Below, piece after piece: positions 1 through 10,120 of a stretch of DNA of 52,350 nt (its first letter is position 1; the number at the start of each line of letters is the position of its first letter). The notes below the pieces were generated by a model. That model was given only the letters and a program-made list of their open reading frames with translations, was not told where the DNA came from and searched no databases. The position numbers were made by a program, and so were the translations under genes. This DNA is from a virus (Duplodnaviria; Caudoviricetes), in the IMG/VR virus record IMGVR_UViG_3300038551_000101, positions 1 through 52,350 of that record; one strand, written 5' to 3'.

Positions 1-590
1 TTAATTACTGTTAAATCATAATTAGCTGGAGCAATACCATTAAGATTTTTAAATGTCCATGTATATGATCCAACTTGTTGCGGCGCACATACACCAACCC
101 AAGCCGCTGCTGGATACGTATCAGGAGAAGGATGAACCATAATAACGGTGTTTTGTGAGTTTAATGTTTTCGCCAAATTTTTATTTACTGTCGATGCAAA
201 ATAAAACTTTTCTTGTGTATTAATCCACTTCGATAATTCTGTAATAACTGGGTCACTTTGAAGTGAGCAATGTAAGTAGAAAAAGTCATTGTACTTCTTG
301 ACTAATTCATTTAAAGCAGTGCTTAAATCTGTTGGATTCCCTGTAGCTGCTACATATGCCACACCATATATTGCAATCTTTTCTGGTCTTGGTGTTTGTC
401 CTAAAAGAGCAGAAGCTAATTTATACGTCGCTGAATTTGTACCGTAATCTGTACCAATTCCATCAATTTCCGTATATTCTTTATAATCCAGCTTCTTGTC
501 TGTAGACAAAATAAGCGGTAAACCAAATCCTTTTTGGCTCACCGCTTTTGTTTGTCTCGTGATAGTTACATTAACGTAACGATTACCCAT
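1..590 (-). CDS. Tail sheath protein (DUF3383-like), N-terminal part, runs off window start
   Basis: Not in ORF track. ATG at 590 after AAAGGAGG reads MGNRYVNVTITRQTKAVSQKGFGLPLILST...TWTFKNLNGIAP, open to position 1. Confidence 0.85.
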   Translation of the reverse strand, partial: MGNRYVNVTITRQTKAVSQKGFGLPLILSTDKKLDYKEYTEIDGIGTDYGTNSATYKLASALLGQTPRPEKIAIYGVAYVAATGNPTDLSTALNELVKKYNDFFYLHCSLQSDPVITELSKWINTQEKFYFASTVNKNLAKTLNSQNTVIMVHPSPDTYPAAAWVGVCAPQQVGSYTWTFKNLNGIAPANYDLTVI

Positions 591-1083
591 GAGAAATTCC
601 TCCTTTTGTTATCACAGCACTATCAATCCACTCAATATCTTTTAGTTGCTGGTAAGGTACTCTTAAAATGACATCAAAACCGTTTCTGCGCTCATAATCC
701 TCTATAACAAATGCATCACGGTTAATAACATCGGTTTGATCGGCAACTGCTACCCCAATACTTTGCAATACATCTACTCCAGCAAAAGAGAACCAGTCAT
801 ATATTTCCTGCGCTAAAGTAACAGAATCATCATCATCCATCGCGTAAGCAGTAAAGGAGATAGTAGTTTTGTAATCACTTAATCTCTGCAACTTATATTC
901 GCCATTGATAACAACACCTGTTTCTTCTGCTTGCCCGACTGCTTTTCCATATGGAGTAGTTAATTTGTATGTTGCATGTGGTACTTTCGGTCTTTCACCC
1001 ATTTGATCGGCCATAATAATTGGAGCGCCACAATGTTTTTTTATAGCAGGGATTAAAACGGCTCGTAACTCTTTTACATTCAC
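583..1083 (-). CDS. Neck/tail terminator protein
   Basis: 166 aa, immediately upstream of sheath; YERRNGFDVILR motif typical of this position. Confidence 0.65.
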   Translation of the reverse strand: MNVKELRAVLIPAIKKHCGAPIIMADQMGERPKVPHATYKLTTPYGKAVGQAEETGVVINGEYKLQRLSDYKTTISFTAYAMDDDDSVTLAQEIYDWFSFAGVDVLQSIGVAVADQTDVINRDAFVIEDYERRNGFDVILRVPYQQLKDIEWIDSAVITKGGISHG

Positions 1084-1433
1084 CCGTCTACCCCCTTTGC
1101 ATAGTACATATAAACATCTGCATAATCTTCATAATCTTTATTTGCATCGATGGTATACATTTGTTTTTTATACTCAATCTTCTGCCCTATTTTTAACGGT
1201 GCTAATGTATAAATCTTGCGGTCTTTTCTCGTATAGGTACCATTTGCTTCCTTTTGTAATTCATCCGTTGTAAGAGGGAGAATGATGCCTATCATGTGTT
1301 GTGGCGGGGCTTTTTTTCCTGGTATTAATTTACCTTCGTCGTTATAATCCCCTTTTGTTTCTTCAGCATGGAGAATAAATGACACTTGAAATTCTTCTAC
1401 GAAATCAGCGAACTGAAACGCTTTTCCACTCAT
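1080..1433 (-). CDS. Head-closure/neck protein
   Basis: 117 aa, synteny in the head-tail joining module. Confidence 0.55.
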   Translation of the reverse strand: MSGKAFQFADFVEEFQVSFILHAEETKGDYNDEGKLIPGKKAPPQHMIGIILPLTTDELQKEANGTYTRKDRKIYTLAPLKIGQKIEYKKQMYTIDANKDYEDYADVYMYYAKGVDG

Positions 1434-1435
1434 CG

Positions 1436-2065
1436 CTATTCCACCTCGTGTCTAATGGCACCAATCATACGGCCAGTATCATGTAGAGGATTAGAAGAAC
1501 CTTTTACATTTCTTGTAGATGCAGCGTTTGGTGGGCTTTTTACAGTCCTAGCATGACGTTGTATCATTCCAGCAAACTCCATACCAATCATATCCACAAA
1601 CACATCAGGATCAAGACGTAAGTTAATTACATCATCTAAGAACGATTCAATTTTATCGCCAATCTTATCAACGTTACTATCAAAACCCGTTCGAATGAAT
1701 GAACGTTCCGGAATTGTTACCGACCTCATAAGAGCAAATACAGGTTTTATATTACCTTTATCCACTAAAGCCAAAACACCATTACTACCATCTTCAATCC
1801 CTAATGCTACTAGTCCAGGAAAATCAGAAGCGCGTTTGTTTTTCGCTTCAGGGATAAGGGGAATCGTCAACCAATCCCCTTTTTTCGGTAATATAGTGGT
1901 ACCAAATTCATGTACTGCTGCAATCGTAACTAAATCTGCATCATTCGGATATTGATAATTATCTTCACCATGAATACCAACTGTAATTTTCTTGCGGCCT
2001 AACTTTTCCAATGCCTTCTTAATCCGCTTGCTATTATTTGTACTACGAATAGTTACACCCATCAT
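1436..2065 (-). CDS. Neck/tail-completion protein (virion morphogenesis family)
   Basis: AAVHEFG, IPERSFIR and PLHDTGRM motifs. Confidence 0.7.
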   Translation of the reverse strand: MMGVTIRSTNNSKRIKKALEKLGRKKITVGIHGEDNYQYPNDADLVTIAAVHEFGTTILPKKGDWLTIPLIPEAKNKRASDFPGLVALGIEDGSNGVLALVDKGNIKPVFALMRSVTIPERSFIRTGFDSNVDKIGDKIESFLDDVINLRLDPDVFVDMIGMEFAGMIQRHARTVKSPPNAASTRNVKGSSNPLHDTGRMIGAIRHEVE

Positions 2066-2316
2066 CGAAACCTAACTTTCCGATATGGTTTTAAAAAGTT
2101 TAAAGCAGATCTATATGTTGCACCCTCAAAAAAGCTCTTACTCATATCACCCAACGATTGACTCGCAACGTTTTGGCTTTCTTTCATCGATTTAATAATC
2201 ATATCTACAGCAATTTCAACATCAGGAGGTAAAGACCCATCTGTGAATTGTGGCGAACAAAAACTATTAATATGAGCAATTGCACCGGCTCTATATTGTT
2301 CATCTGTTAATGCCAC
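2062..2316 (-). CDS. Head-tail connector (adaptor)
   Basis: 84 aa; SQSLGDMSKSF...LKPYRK is gp15/gp6-like. Confidence 0.7.
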   Translation of the reverse strand: MALTDEQYRAGAIAHINSFCSPQFTDGSLPPDVEIAVDMIIKSMKESQNVASQSLGDMSKSFFEGATYRSALNFLKPYRKVRFR

Positions 2317-2334
2317 TAGCTCGCCCCCTTTTCA

Positions 2335-2598
2335 TTACTCACCGCTTAAAAGTTCAATTAACTCATCTTGCTTTAAGTTGCTGTAATTACTTAATCCTCG
2401 TTCTTTTGCCAACTTCTTTAATTCCGGTACTGTTAAATCATTTAAGTTCTGCTCAACTTCATCATGCTTGTATCCTAAATCCGATAGCAGTCCGATTGTA
2501 CGTTTATCAGTCGTTTCATACTCTCCATCAATAAAAGTACATAAAGCAGTATTCTTTTCTTTATCCCATACAATGCCATGGCCGTAGAACTTCATCAT
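2335..2598 (-). CDS. Rho N-terminal (HeH) domain protein
   Basis: LTVPELKKLAKERGLSNYSNLKQDELIELL. Confidence 0.8.
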   Translation of the reverse strand: MMKFYGHGIVWDKEKNTALCTFIDGEYETTDKRTIGLLSDLGYKHDEVEQNLNDLTVPELKKLAKERGLSNYSNLKQDELIELLSGE

Positions 2599-2756
2599 TT
2601 CTTCATCAGCCCTTGGTCTTTTAGTTTCTTTAATAACGCGTTAAAATCAGCTTTTAGTGCTGCTGCATCGGCAGCTACACTATCAGCCTGTGTTGGCATT
2701 TGGATAACTTCTTTAATCACCGGATCTACACGATTATCATCTTGAATTTTACCCAT
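2595..2756 (-). CDS. Small head fibre/decoration-like protein (53 aa)
   Basis: Not in track. MGKIQDDNRVDPVIKEVIQMPTQADSVAADAAALKADFNALLKKLKDQGLMKK, AAGGAGG RBS, directly after the capsid gene. Confidence 0.7.
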   Translation of the reverse strand: MGKIQDDNRVDPVIKEVIQMPTQADSVAADAAALKADFNALLKKLKDQGLMKK

Positions 2757-2812
2757 TCTGTGACCCTCCTTAGTTCAAATAAAAAGAGAGAGGTTATTAT
2801 CCTCTCCCTGTA

Positions 2813-3760
2813 TTAAGAAATTGCTAATCCAGTAATAGAACCGTGCATAAACGCAGGACCATGAGCAAGACCAATCTCACCGTAGATTTGACCTTTCTCT
2901 GCTGCTCCTGTCTTCGCTAATTCTTCATAGAATAGTACGCCTTTATCTGGCACGTTTTGCAATACTGGAGCCACTACAGACATGTCGAATAATCCAATTG
3001 AACCAGCAGGAACAAAACGATCCCATACAATACCAACTTTAGCGAAATCCGTTTCAATTTGTTGGATATTCACACCACCGACATTACGGTCTTGTGGCGC
3101 ATATCCATAAATTTCACTTATAACTTGTTTATTAAATGCATTAACGTATAAAACCATTTCGTTAAAATCTGCACCGTTTGTCGCCATCATGCGAAGTAAC
3201 TGATTAAATAGATCTTTATTTAATTTAGCGCCAGCTGCAGCAATCGTATTCCCTGTAGAGCATAGCTCGAACATACCGCGCGTTTTGTCCGCTTGCGTTT
3301 CGTTCGCGGCCAATGCATACGTACCATTTAAGAACGTATGTTCAACATCACGAGCAATTTTCGTTAATGATCGTGCGATTTGGAAATCTTTTTCGCTTGG
3401 TACATTATTAGAAGCTCCAGCACTATTGATTCCACTCAAACGCCCACTGTTTGATAATTTGCGGTACGTTACATTCACACTTTCGTGGAAGATTTGTGTG
3501 ACATTCTTATTTTGACCGCGTGTATAGGAAACCGCAGTTGGAGCAGTACCAGATGCTTGTTCTGAAATTGCAGGTTGTGATGGTGCTGGATATTCATATA
3601 AGCTATCAGTCGCGAATTCCTTATTAGATGTTTGTAAACCACCACCAGTTAAACCACCAATCATGGAAAGAAACGGTGTATTCTCTGCATCAGCAGTAAA
3701 TAATTCCCCATCATAGTTTGGTAAATTAAAAGATGTACCTTGACCTGTTACGTTTGCCAT
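2813..3760 (-). CDS. Major capsid protein (DUF5309/SU10-like)
   Basis: 315 aa; TSFNLPNYDGELF, NVTQIFHESV and GQIYGEIGLAHGP motifs; follows scaffold. Confidence 0.9.
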   Translation of the reverse strand: MANVTGQGTSFNLPNYDGELFTADAENTPFLSMIGGLTGGGLQTSNKEFATDSLYEYPAPSQPAISEQASGTAPTAVSYTRGQNKNVTQIFHESVNVTYRKLSNSGRLSGINSAGASNNVPSEKDFQIARSLTKIARDVEHTFLNGTYALAANETQADKTRGMFELCSTGNTIAAAGAKLNKDLFNQLLRMMATNGADFNEMVLYVNAFNKQVISEIYGYAPQDRNVGGVNIQQIETDFAKVGIVWDRFVPAGSIGLFDMSVVAPVLQNVPDKGVLFYEELAKTGAAEKGQIYGEIGLAHGPAFMHGSITGLAIS

Positions 3761-3773
3761 TTAGACATACCTC

Positions 3774-4493
3774 CTATTGTTTTTGTAATGCATGAATTTT
3801 ATTTTTCAGTGCAATTGCACCAGCCATATCACGGCGTTTTAAACATTCTTGGCGCTCTTTTTCTAGCTGTTCAATCTCACTAAGTTGTTTACCACCGCCA
3901 CCTACTAATGGAGCTTTACCTTTGAGCACATCGTTAACCTGCGCTTGTACAGCTTGTTGGAATTGTTCACTGAAAACTTTGATATTCTCATGTGTTTTTT
4001 CAGCATCCTCCCCTAATACAAATGAAGCAAACTCCGGTGGCAATTTCTCAGCAGATAGTTGCTTTTCTGTTTCTAATAGCAGTTTTTCCCGTTGAAATGC
4101 TTGTCGCTCTGATTCAAAGGCTTTTTGATCCTCTTGGAATTTAAGCGCTTCTTTCTCACGCTCCACCTTTGCGCGTTCCTCTGCACTTAGCTTTGCAAGT
4201 TCTTCTGCTTCCAGCTTTGCTTGTTCTACCTTTGCAGCTAATTCCTTATCCTTTTTCGCTTCAAACTTTTTAAGTGCTTCAGATACACGGCGATCAGCTT
4301 CACTTTGCAACTTTGCATTTAGTTCTTCTTGTGTGAGTGTGATAGTTTCCGGTGGTTCTTCCTCTTTACCCGGTTCTCCGCCGGCTCCTAAATCCTCACT
4401 AAAGAACTGAAGGTTTGTTAATCGTAACGGGAATTTCTTCTCCGCTACTTCTTTAAAAAATGGTACTTTTATATTTTCAACTTTATATGACAT
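3774..4493 (-). CDS. Capsid scaffolding protein (DUF4355)
   Basis: Coiled-coil, TQEELN...DRRVSEAL; N-terminal NLQFF motif. Start moved to ATG 4493 by RBS. Confidence 0.85.
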   Translation of the reverse strand: MSYKVENIKVPFFKEVAEKKFPLRLTNLQFFSEDLGAGGEPGKEEEPPETITLTQEELNAKLQSEADRRVSEALKKFEAKKDKELAAKVEQAKLEAEELAKLSAEERAKVEREKEALKFQEDQKAFESERQAFQREKLLLETEKQLSAEKLPPEFASFVLGEDAEKTHENIKVFSEQFQQAVQAQVNDVLKGKAPLVGGGGKQLSEIEQLEKERQECLKRRDMAGAIALKNKIHALQKQ

Positions 4494-4631
4494 TCCAATT
4501 TCCTCCTTGCCCTGCGTAGTTCCGTAGCCCTCCACAGTTCAATGATTTTTAGCAGTTTATAGCGTCATACTTAGGACAAATGGATAATAAAAAAACACCT
4601 ACTCTTTTAAGTACGTGTTACTTGCATATTA

Positions 4632-5561
4632 TTAAGATGCCAATCTTTCTTTCTGCCAATCTTTAAATGCCATGTTCTCCAGTTCCTTATACTGCGGTCT
4701 TTCTATTCTCATTACAGTATAAGTAACGAAACAACGGCAATTAATGGATGAACCAGCAGCAGGTAATAACCCTGGAGCGGGTCCCTTACTCAGTCCATCA
4801 TCAAACAATTCATGCATCTCAATGATTTTATTGTTTAACTTTCTATGGTTTGCAATGGTCTTTTTCCCTTTGCTTGGTCTTACACGCTCATCTTCTAACG
4901 TGTTCCATTGTTTCCCCATGATTACGCCATTTTTAGTAGCGTGGTCAGCTGCATCATGCTTTGCGCTTTCCTGTACCCGATGTCCTTCTGTACGAACAAT
5001 ACGAGTAGCTTTGACAACATCGCCTTCTAATGAATCCTTTAAGCGTTTTGCCATAATAGCATATGTCTCATTCTCCTGTAAGCCTTGTGTGACTTCCTGC
5101 TGGATCTTATGAATAATATCAGCCCGGTTCTTTTCTAAACGAGCTTTCAATGTTAATCCTGCTACTGGATTCTGTAGCATTGCAGTAAGTGACTCTGGTC
5201 TCACGGATGCATATCCTAGTTTGGTACGTGTAGTTGTTTCCACGCCCCATGCTGTTAGGTAGTATCCATCTTTATATACTTCTCCTAACACTTTAGTCAT
5301 TTGTTTACTGACTTCTTTATGATTAACTCCCATAATCCAGTTAATCCGCTTGTTCAGCTTATTCAGCCGATCATATTTGAGCATTTCTTCAAGTGTTAAC
5401 TCTCCGTTTTGCTCATACTTTTCATATTGCTCTGCCATCAGTTTCCTAATCTCAACTAATGTTTTCGCATATTGACGAGCAATTGCCCGTTCTGCTTTTT
5501 TTATTAATTGACCGATACGGCGATTTATCAGTTTGAAGATGTCAAACAGATTCATATCCAA
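4632..5561 (-). CDS. Minor head protein (SPP1 gp7/MuF family)
   Basis: RIVRTE, DERVR..H and INCRC motifs. Confidence 0.85.
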   Translation of the reverse strand: MDMNLFDIFKLINRRIGQLIKKAERAIARQYAKTLVEIRKLMAEQYEKYEQNGELTLEEMLKYDRLNKLNKRINWIMGVNHKEVSKQMTKVLGEVYKDGYYLTAWGVETTTRTKLGYASVRPESLTAMLQNPVAGLTLKARLEKNRADIIHKIQQEVTQGLQENETYAIMAKRLKDSLEGDVVKATRIVRTEGHRVQESAKHDAADHATKNGVIMGKQWNTLEDERVRPSKGKKTIANHRKLNNKIIEMHELFDDGLSKGPAPGLLPAAGSSINCRCFVTYTVMRIERPQYKELENMAFKDWQKERLAS

Positions 5562-5565
5562 TCAC

Positions 5566-6924
5566 CTACTCAATTTCTTCTTCATCATTAATTTCATCCT
5601 GATTCTCTTCATCTTCATCAGGTGGTAAATTGTCCAGGTCAATATATTCTTCTTTTTCCTGTTCCACTTTTTCCGCTTCATCAAAAGGATCTTCAATAGC
5701 TGGAATCAGTGTTCGCCCTGTTTCTTTACTCATAAACCCAGCTGCATTTAATTTAATAATTTCATCAATTGTTAAATCAGATTTAGGCAGGTTAGGAGAG
5801 AACCTTGGTATAACATCACGCCAATCATAATGATTACCCTGCTTATTTAAGATGTTCGTAATTAAACGTATACGGCGTTGAATCGCCTGTTTAAACAAAC
5901 GCTCTTTTACCACACGATTATCCTCAAGTGGCTTCAATTTATACTTCATTGCTTCTCCAGTTTGCGTTCCTCCAAAAGAGCTATCACTTAAATCTGGGAC
6001 TGCTGCTGTATCATGAATATCCTTTTTAAGACGGGTTTTCAAGTTTTCTTTCCAAGTATCATTGATATCCTTGATAAGCCATTCTGCTTTGGCATTCTCC
6101 CCGAATAGTTCAATGACCCTTTTTTCTTTCATACCCGATACATCTTTATCATCAGTAAGCATACCCATAATGACTAAATACGCATCATTTGAATAGTTAC
6201 TTTCGTTAATGTCGTCCGACTGCAATAAGTTGTATGCATCATTAAGTGTCATAACTTCCTCAAAATCACTTTTGATATTCTTATTGAAATACGGATTAAG
6301 TGGAACTTCACCAAAGAAATGAGCTTTTTCTTCAAATAATTGAATTTCATTACCCATTTTTATATATTGGTAGATTGAATCTGCAGTATAAACAAAGATT
6401 TCCGTTGCACCTTTGCCACTTATAACATCCTCATGATCATAGTAACGAATAGCCATGATAAGATTCTTTTCAATTGAGCGGTCATAAACAAAAATAACTT
6501 TCTGCTCTTCCAAATCTAAATAATCAAATCGTATTTCTAATTCATTTGCAGCATTCATTGTTGTATATATAATTTCTGCACCATATCCATAAATGGAGCA
6601 GTTATTTGCAAGAGAAGCATTCGTATGTTGTTCATCATTCAAATCAAATATTTCCTGTAGCTGCTCCATATACGTTTTGTCGTGACAGCTATAACTAATT
6701 GGTTTACCCATAAAGTAGCCAACACTCACATTAGTAATGTATTGGCAGAAGTTAGTCACTATTTTATTATTGGGCTTTGTTTCATCATCGAATTTACGCT
6801 CTAAAATATCATGTTCACCATCATAATATTTCTTCAATCGTATTTCTCTTTTGATACAATGCTTTTCAATAAGTTTGTTTATTATTTCACCGGTTACAGG
6901 AGTATCACTATCTAACCTAAACAT
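5566..6924 (-). CDS. Portal protein, SPP1 gp6-like
   Basis: 452 aa; YYDGEHDIL, GYFMGKPISY, FSPNLPK. Confidence 0.92.
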   Translation of the reverse strand: MFRLDSDTPVTGEIINKLIEKHCIKREIRLKKYYDGEHDILERKFDDETKPNNKIVTNFCQYITNVSVGYFMGKPISYSCHDKTYMEQLQEIFDLNDEQHTNASLANNCSIYGYGAEIIYTTMNAANELEIRFDYLDLEEQKVIFVYDRSIEKNLIMAIRYYDHEDVISGKGATEIFVYTADSIYQYIKMGNEIQLFEEKAHFFGEVPLNPYFNKNIKSDFEEVMTLNDAYNLLQSDDINESNYSNDAYLVIMGMLTDDKDVSGMKEKRVIELFGENAKAEWLIKDINDTWKENLKTRLKKDIHDTAAVPDLSDSSFGGTQTGEAMKYKLKPLEDNRVVKERLFKQAIQRRIRLITNILNKQGNHYDWRDVIPRFSPNLPKSDLTIDEIIKLNAAGFMSKETGRTLIPAIEDPFDEAEKVEQEKEEYIDLDNLPPDEDEENQDEINDEEEIE

Positions 6925-6939
6925 TTCACACCTCCTAGC

Positions 6940-8205
6940 TTATAAGCCTAATCCTTTGCGGATGTCGGTATTATTTGCATTTCCTCTGCGGCGTTTATCC
7001 TCAATAATGTAGCGTAAAGCAGCCATAGCATCATCAAACACTTCTACAGGTTCATCTAAATTCTCACCCGTTTTCGAATCTCGTTTCCACTTCCACTGTT
7101 GTATTTCTGCGATGGTATTTACACAAGAAGGGTGAATGTGTATCTTCAGTGTTTTTAAATAATCAATTTGAGCTTTTACACTATTAGGATTCTTAACAAC
7201 AGGTACAGCTTTGTATCCTGCTTTCCTCCACGTTTTAATACGATCCGGTTCAGCAGAATCACAATACATCATTAACCGCTTATTAATACCCTGCTTATCC
7301 GCTATTTCAATAATTTCACCTGTATCTTTTTCATGGACATAAATCTCATTGCAAATATACAACTCTCCATCTTTCCATCCACCAGTAAGAATTGCATTAG
7401 CATGGTTAAATCCAAAGTCCTGCGCATGATTCATAGAATCGAATCTCTCAAATGATGTATCGAAATCATGTATCTTGTAATTTTTAAGAATCAGCCCACC
7501 AATTTCTCCCCATTCACCTAGCCCGTATATTTGGTACCCCTCTGGATCTTGTGCTTTTCGCAACATCATCCTTCTGTGGTACGCTTCATCTATAAATCGA
7601 TTTGTTAAATACGTTGAATGATGAGTAAATATATCAGGATGCTCAATATCAAAGTATTTCTTTTTAATCCAATGCGTAGATGATACAGGGTTAAATGTAA
7701 AAGTAATTTGGTAATATAAATTTGGATTAGGCAGTATACCGCGCAAACGGTCATCAAGAATATCGATATCATTTTCTTTTAACTCTGTAGATTCTTCAAT
7801 CCATATCCAAGTTAACTTACCATGCTCAAATGTTATCGATTTAACTTTCTCGCGCTCGCTATCATCTTTCATACCACGAAATATGATCATATTCCCTGTA
7901 GTTTTGCACACCATTTCTAACGGGCTTTGTTTAATGCTCCAATACTTCTTTGCTTTCCTGCCAAACACTATATTGATAGCTTTCCTCAACTCTGCATAAG
8001 TTGAATGGCGATTCGTAACATCAATCTTCCTAACAACAAGCAAGTTAGCCCCTTGAAATTTCGGATCAGATAATTTAAGGATGAAGTCTTGAGCAATATT
8101 AGTTGACTTACCACTACCAGCAGAACCCTTTAACGCGCGGTATCGCTTCCTGCACTCATTTACAGGCTTGAAACTTCGGTTAAATTGTACCCTGATTTTA
8201 CTCAT
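6940..8205 (-). CDS. terL: Terminase large subunit, PBSX family
   Basis: Walker A GSAGSGKS, Walker B WIWIEE, TFNP, nuclease DDAMAALRY. Probable start MSKIRV at 8205. Confidence 0.95.
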   Translation of the reverse strand: MSKIRVQFNRSFKPVNECRKRYRALKGSAGSGKSTNIAQDFILKLSDPKFQGANLLVVRKIDVTNRHSTYAELRKAINIVFGRKAKKYWSIKQSPLEMVCKTTGNMIIFRGMKDDSEREKVKSITFEHGKLTWIWIEESTELKENDIDILDDRLRGILPNPNLYYQITFTFNPVSSTHWIKKKYFDIEHPDIFTHHSTYLTNRFIDEAYHRRMMLRKAQDPEGYQIYGLGEWGEIGGLILKNYKIHDFDTSFERFDSMNHAQDFGFNHANAILTGGWKDGELYICNEIYVHEKDTGEIIEIADKQGINKRLMMYCDSAEPDRIKTWRKAGYKAVPVVKNPNSVKAQIDYLKTLKIHIHPSCVNTIAEIQQWKWKRDSKTGENLDEPVEVFDDAMAALRYIIEDKRRRGNANNTDIRKGLGL

Positions 8206-9019
8206 CTTCATCACCATAATCGACTGTAATTTCAAGGCTGTTATCATCATCACCATCATCAATACGTTTAATCTCAGCAGTAGTCTTTTCAATGTTTAAC
8301 TTCATCTGCTCCAGCTCTAAACGGCGTTTATCATCAGCATGAGCTAATTGATCAAAACGGGCTATCATTGAAGTTAATGTGCTCATTGCCCTAGAAAGGG
8401 AATTAAGCAGGTTCGCTTGTTTCTCCCAAGCTTGTTGTATCGTCCATTGCTTCTCTACAGGAATTTCATCAATAATTTCATCACCATCTTCTGTTTTATC
8501 AAACCTAAGATAGTACTTAATTCCCGTTAATTCCTTTGTTTTATCCCGTTCATTACGAACATGCATGATACGTTGGGAGTTTAGGATATTGAAGTATTTA
8601 AGCCGTATCATTGTAAATAACATTGATACAGGATCTTCACTTTCAATCTCTTCTAATAGCTCCATAGCAGCTTCATCATCTTGCGGAATGATTTTACGGA
8701 ACAACCCGTGCTTCACTGCATTGTCATTTTTCTCCGGCGCACCATGACCAACTGCGTTTTTATTGCCCCACTTCGGTTTTGTATTACCCCGATTTCCTGT
8801 TGCATTTGCATTTTTATAGGGTGCACCTTTTTTCTTTGGTTTCTCTTTTTGTGTGCACACTTTTTCTTCTTTTGTATGCACACCTTTTCGATTCCATTTG
8901 TACCTGGTTTTCCACGACTTCACTGTATTAATACTAACTTCATGTTTATCAGCTATATCCTTGTATTTCATTCCTTGCAAATAATCTTGTTCAGCTAACT
9001 CGTGTTTTTGTTTAGTCAC
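8198..9019 (-). CDS. terS: Terminase small subunit (YqaS/XtmA-like)
   Basis: N-terminal HTH (GMKYKDIADKHEVSINTVKSWK), GAP-N-NA-KHG repeats; GTG start at 9019. Confidence 0.88.
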   Translation of the reverse strand: MTKQKHELAEQDYLQGMKYKDIADKHEVSINTVKSWKTRYKWNRKGVHTKEEKVCTQKEKPKKKGAPYKNANATGNRGNTKPKWGNKNAVGHGAPEKNDNAVKHGLFRKIIPQDDEAAMELLEEIESEDPVSMLFTMIRLKYFNILNSQRIMHVRNERDKTKELTGIKYYLRFDKTEDGDEIIDEIPVEKQWTIQQAWEKQANLLNSLSRAMSTLTSMIARFDQLAHADDKRRLELEQMKLNIEKTTAEIKRIDDGDDDNSLEITVDYGDEDE

Positions 9020-9061
9020 GTCACACCACCACACCACCCCTTCAATAGTAGGTGCGGATTG

Positions 9062-9271
9062 CTATTTCATTCCACACCTCTTATATAACCCATCAATACG
9101 CGTAAGGAATGCTCTACGTTTTATCACGGGTAAAATCACCTTACCTTTCACGATTTTCATGTAATAAGAAAAAGAGACCTTCAAATGACGCGCTAATTGT
9201 TCATCCGTCATTTCTAAGTCTCTTTTGGCCACTGCTATTTGATTTTGGAATTGTTTATTGATCATAAACAA
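9062..9271 (-). CDS. Small HTH-like protein
   Basis: MTDEQLARHLKVSFSYYMKIVKG. Confidence 0.55.
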   Translation of the reverse strand: MFMINKQFQNQIAVAKRDLEMTDEQLARHLKVSFSYYMKIVKGKVILPVIKRRAFLTRIDGLYKRCGMK

Positions 9272-9561
9272 TCTCCTCTCAAAGATTGCCCTTCATTATC
9301 TTTAAGTACTTGATAAAGTACTTTACCTACACGATTAATCATGTCTTCGTCTTGTTCTGTATATCCCGCTTCAAAGAATACACCATGCAACATTTCATGA
9401 ATGAATGTTTCTTCCTCGCGATCAACTGGCAAATCTGCATCGATTTTAATAATTAACTCGTCATATAATATTTGTCCGATGACGCCATGTTCTTTTGCTA
9501 ACCCTTTTACTTTAACTACCTTGTATTTCACTCCACCGATTTTCCAATGTGCTTCTTTCAT
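9262..9561 (-). CDS. ImmA/IrrE-like HExxH metallopeptidase-fold protein
   Basis: EETFIHEMLHGV, 99 aa. Confidence 0.7.
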   Translation of the reverse strand: MKEAHWKIGGVKYKVVKVKGLAKEHGVIGQILYDELIIKIDADLPVDREEETFIHEMLHGVFFEAGYTEQDEDMINRVGKVLYQVLKDNEGQSLRGDCL

Positions 9562-9671
9562 CTCTCACTCACCTCATCGCTAATCGCTAAATGAATCTTA
9601 TTTTTTAAAATTTATACCGAAAACTAATTTATGCAGGGAAATTAATATTTCATACATGATGTTTTCTATTT

Positions 9672-9699
9672 AGTTTACATAATTATAATTATGAGAAGT
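9672..9699 (-). other. Xer (CodV/RipX) dif-like recombination site
   Basis: Minus strand ACTTCTCATAA-TTATAA-TTATGTAAACT vs B. subtilis dif ACTTCCTAGAA-TATATA-TTATGTAAACT; right arm identical. Confidence 0.75.
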
Positions 9700-9859
9700 C
9701 CTTAAAAACCTATATTACGGGAAATCGTTGATACCACTCACTTCCCGTAACATATAATTCCAGTTATTTATGCACAATTTTATACATAGCGTAGTTTAGC
9801 GGGTTTTCGGTACCTAAACACCGTTATTTCCTGCATAAACTTCACCTTGTTAACTATCT

Positions 9860-10120
9860 CTATTTTTGTTCAAAAATTGCGCATTGTAATCGATATCCTT
9901 CTAAATACCAAATTTGATCCGTAATTCGTTTCTTGCAAATTTCAATCCCGATATTCACATCGTAATTAACCGGATCTACACAAGCGCTTGATTCAGTTAA
10001 AATAAATCCGTTTGGCAATTGCGCAACTACTACTGTACATTTACCGTGGAACTCTTCTACTGTCCAATGTGTCTTTTCTAAAATGTTATTAATATCTTCT
10101 TGCGTTACTGTATTTTTCAT
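9860..10120 (-). CDS. acb2: Gp49-family protein, Acb2-like anti-CBASS nucleotide sponge
   Basis: LPNGFILTESSACVDPVNYDVNIG...IWYLEGYRLQ matches the gp49/Acb2 signature. Confidence 0.8.
   Translation of the reverse strand: MKNTVTQEDINNILEKTHWTVEEFHGKCTVVVAQLPNGFILTESSACVDPVNYDVNIGIEICKKRITDQIWYLEGYRLQCAIFEQK

Noticed and set aside
3331-3344. LexA-like AGAACGTATGTTCA
   Set aside because: Mid-capsid CDS, explained by EHTFL codons; no nearby promoter.
9769-9788. PlcR box (TATGCA...TACATA)
   Set aside because: Spacer is 8 bp rather than the required 4.
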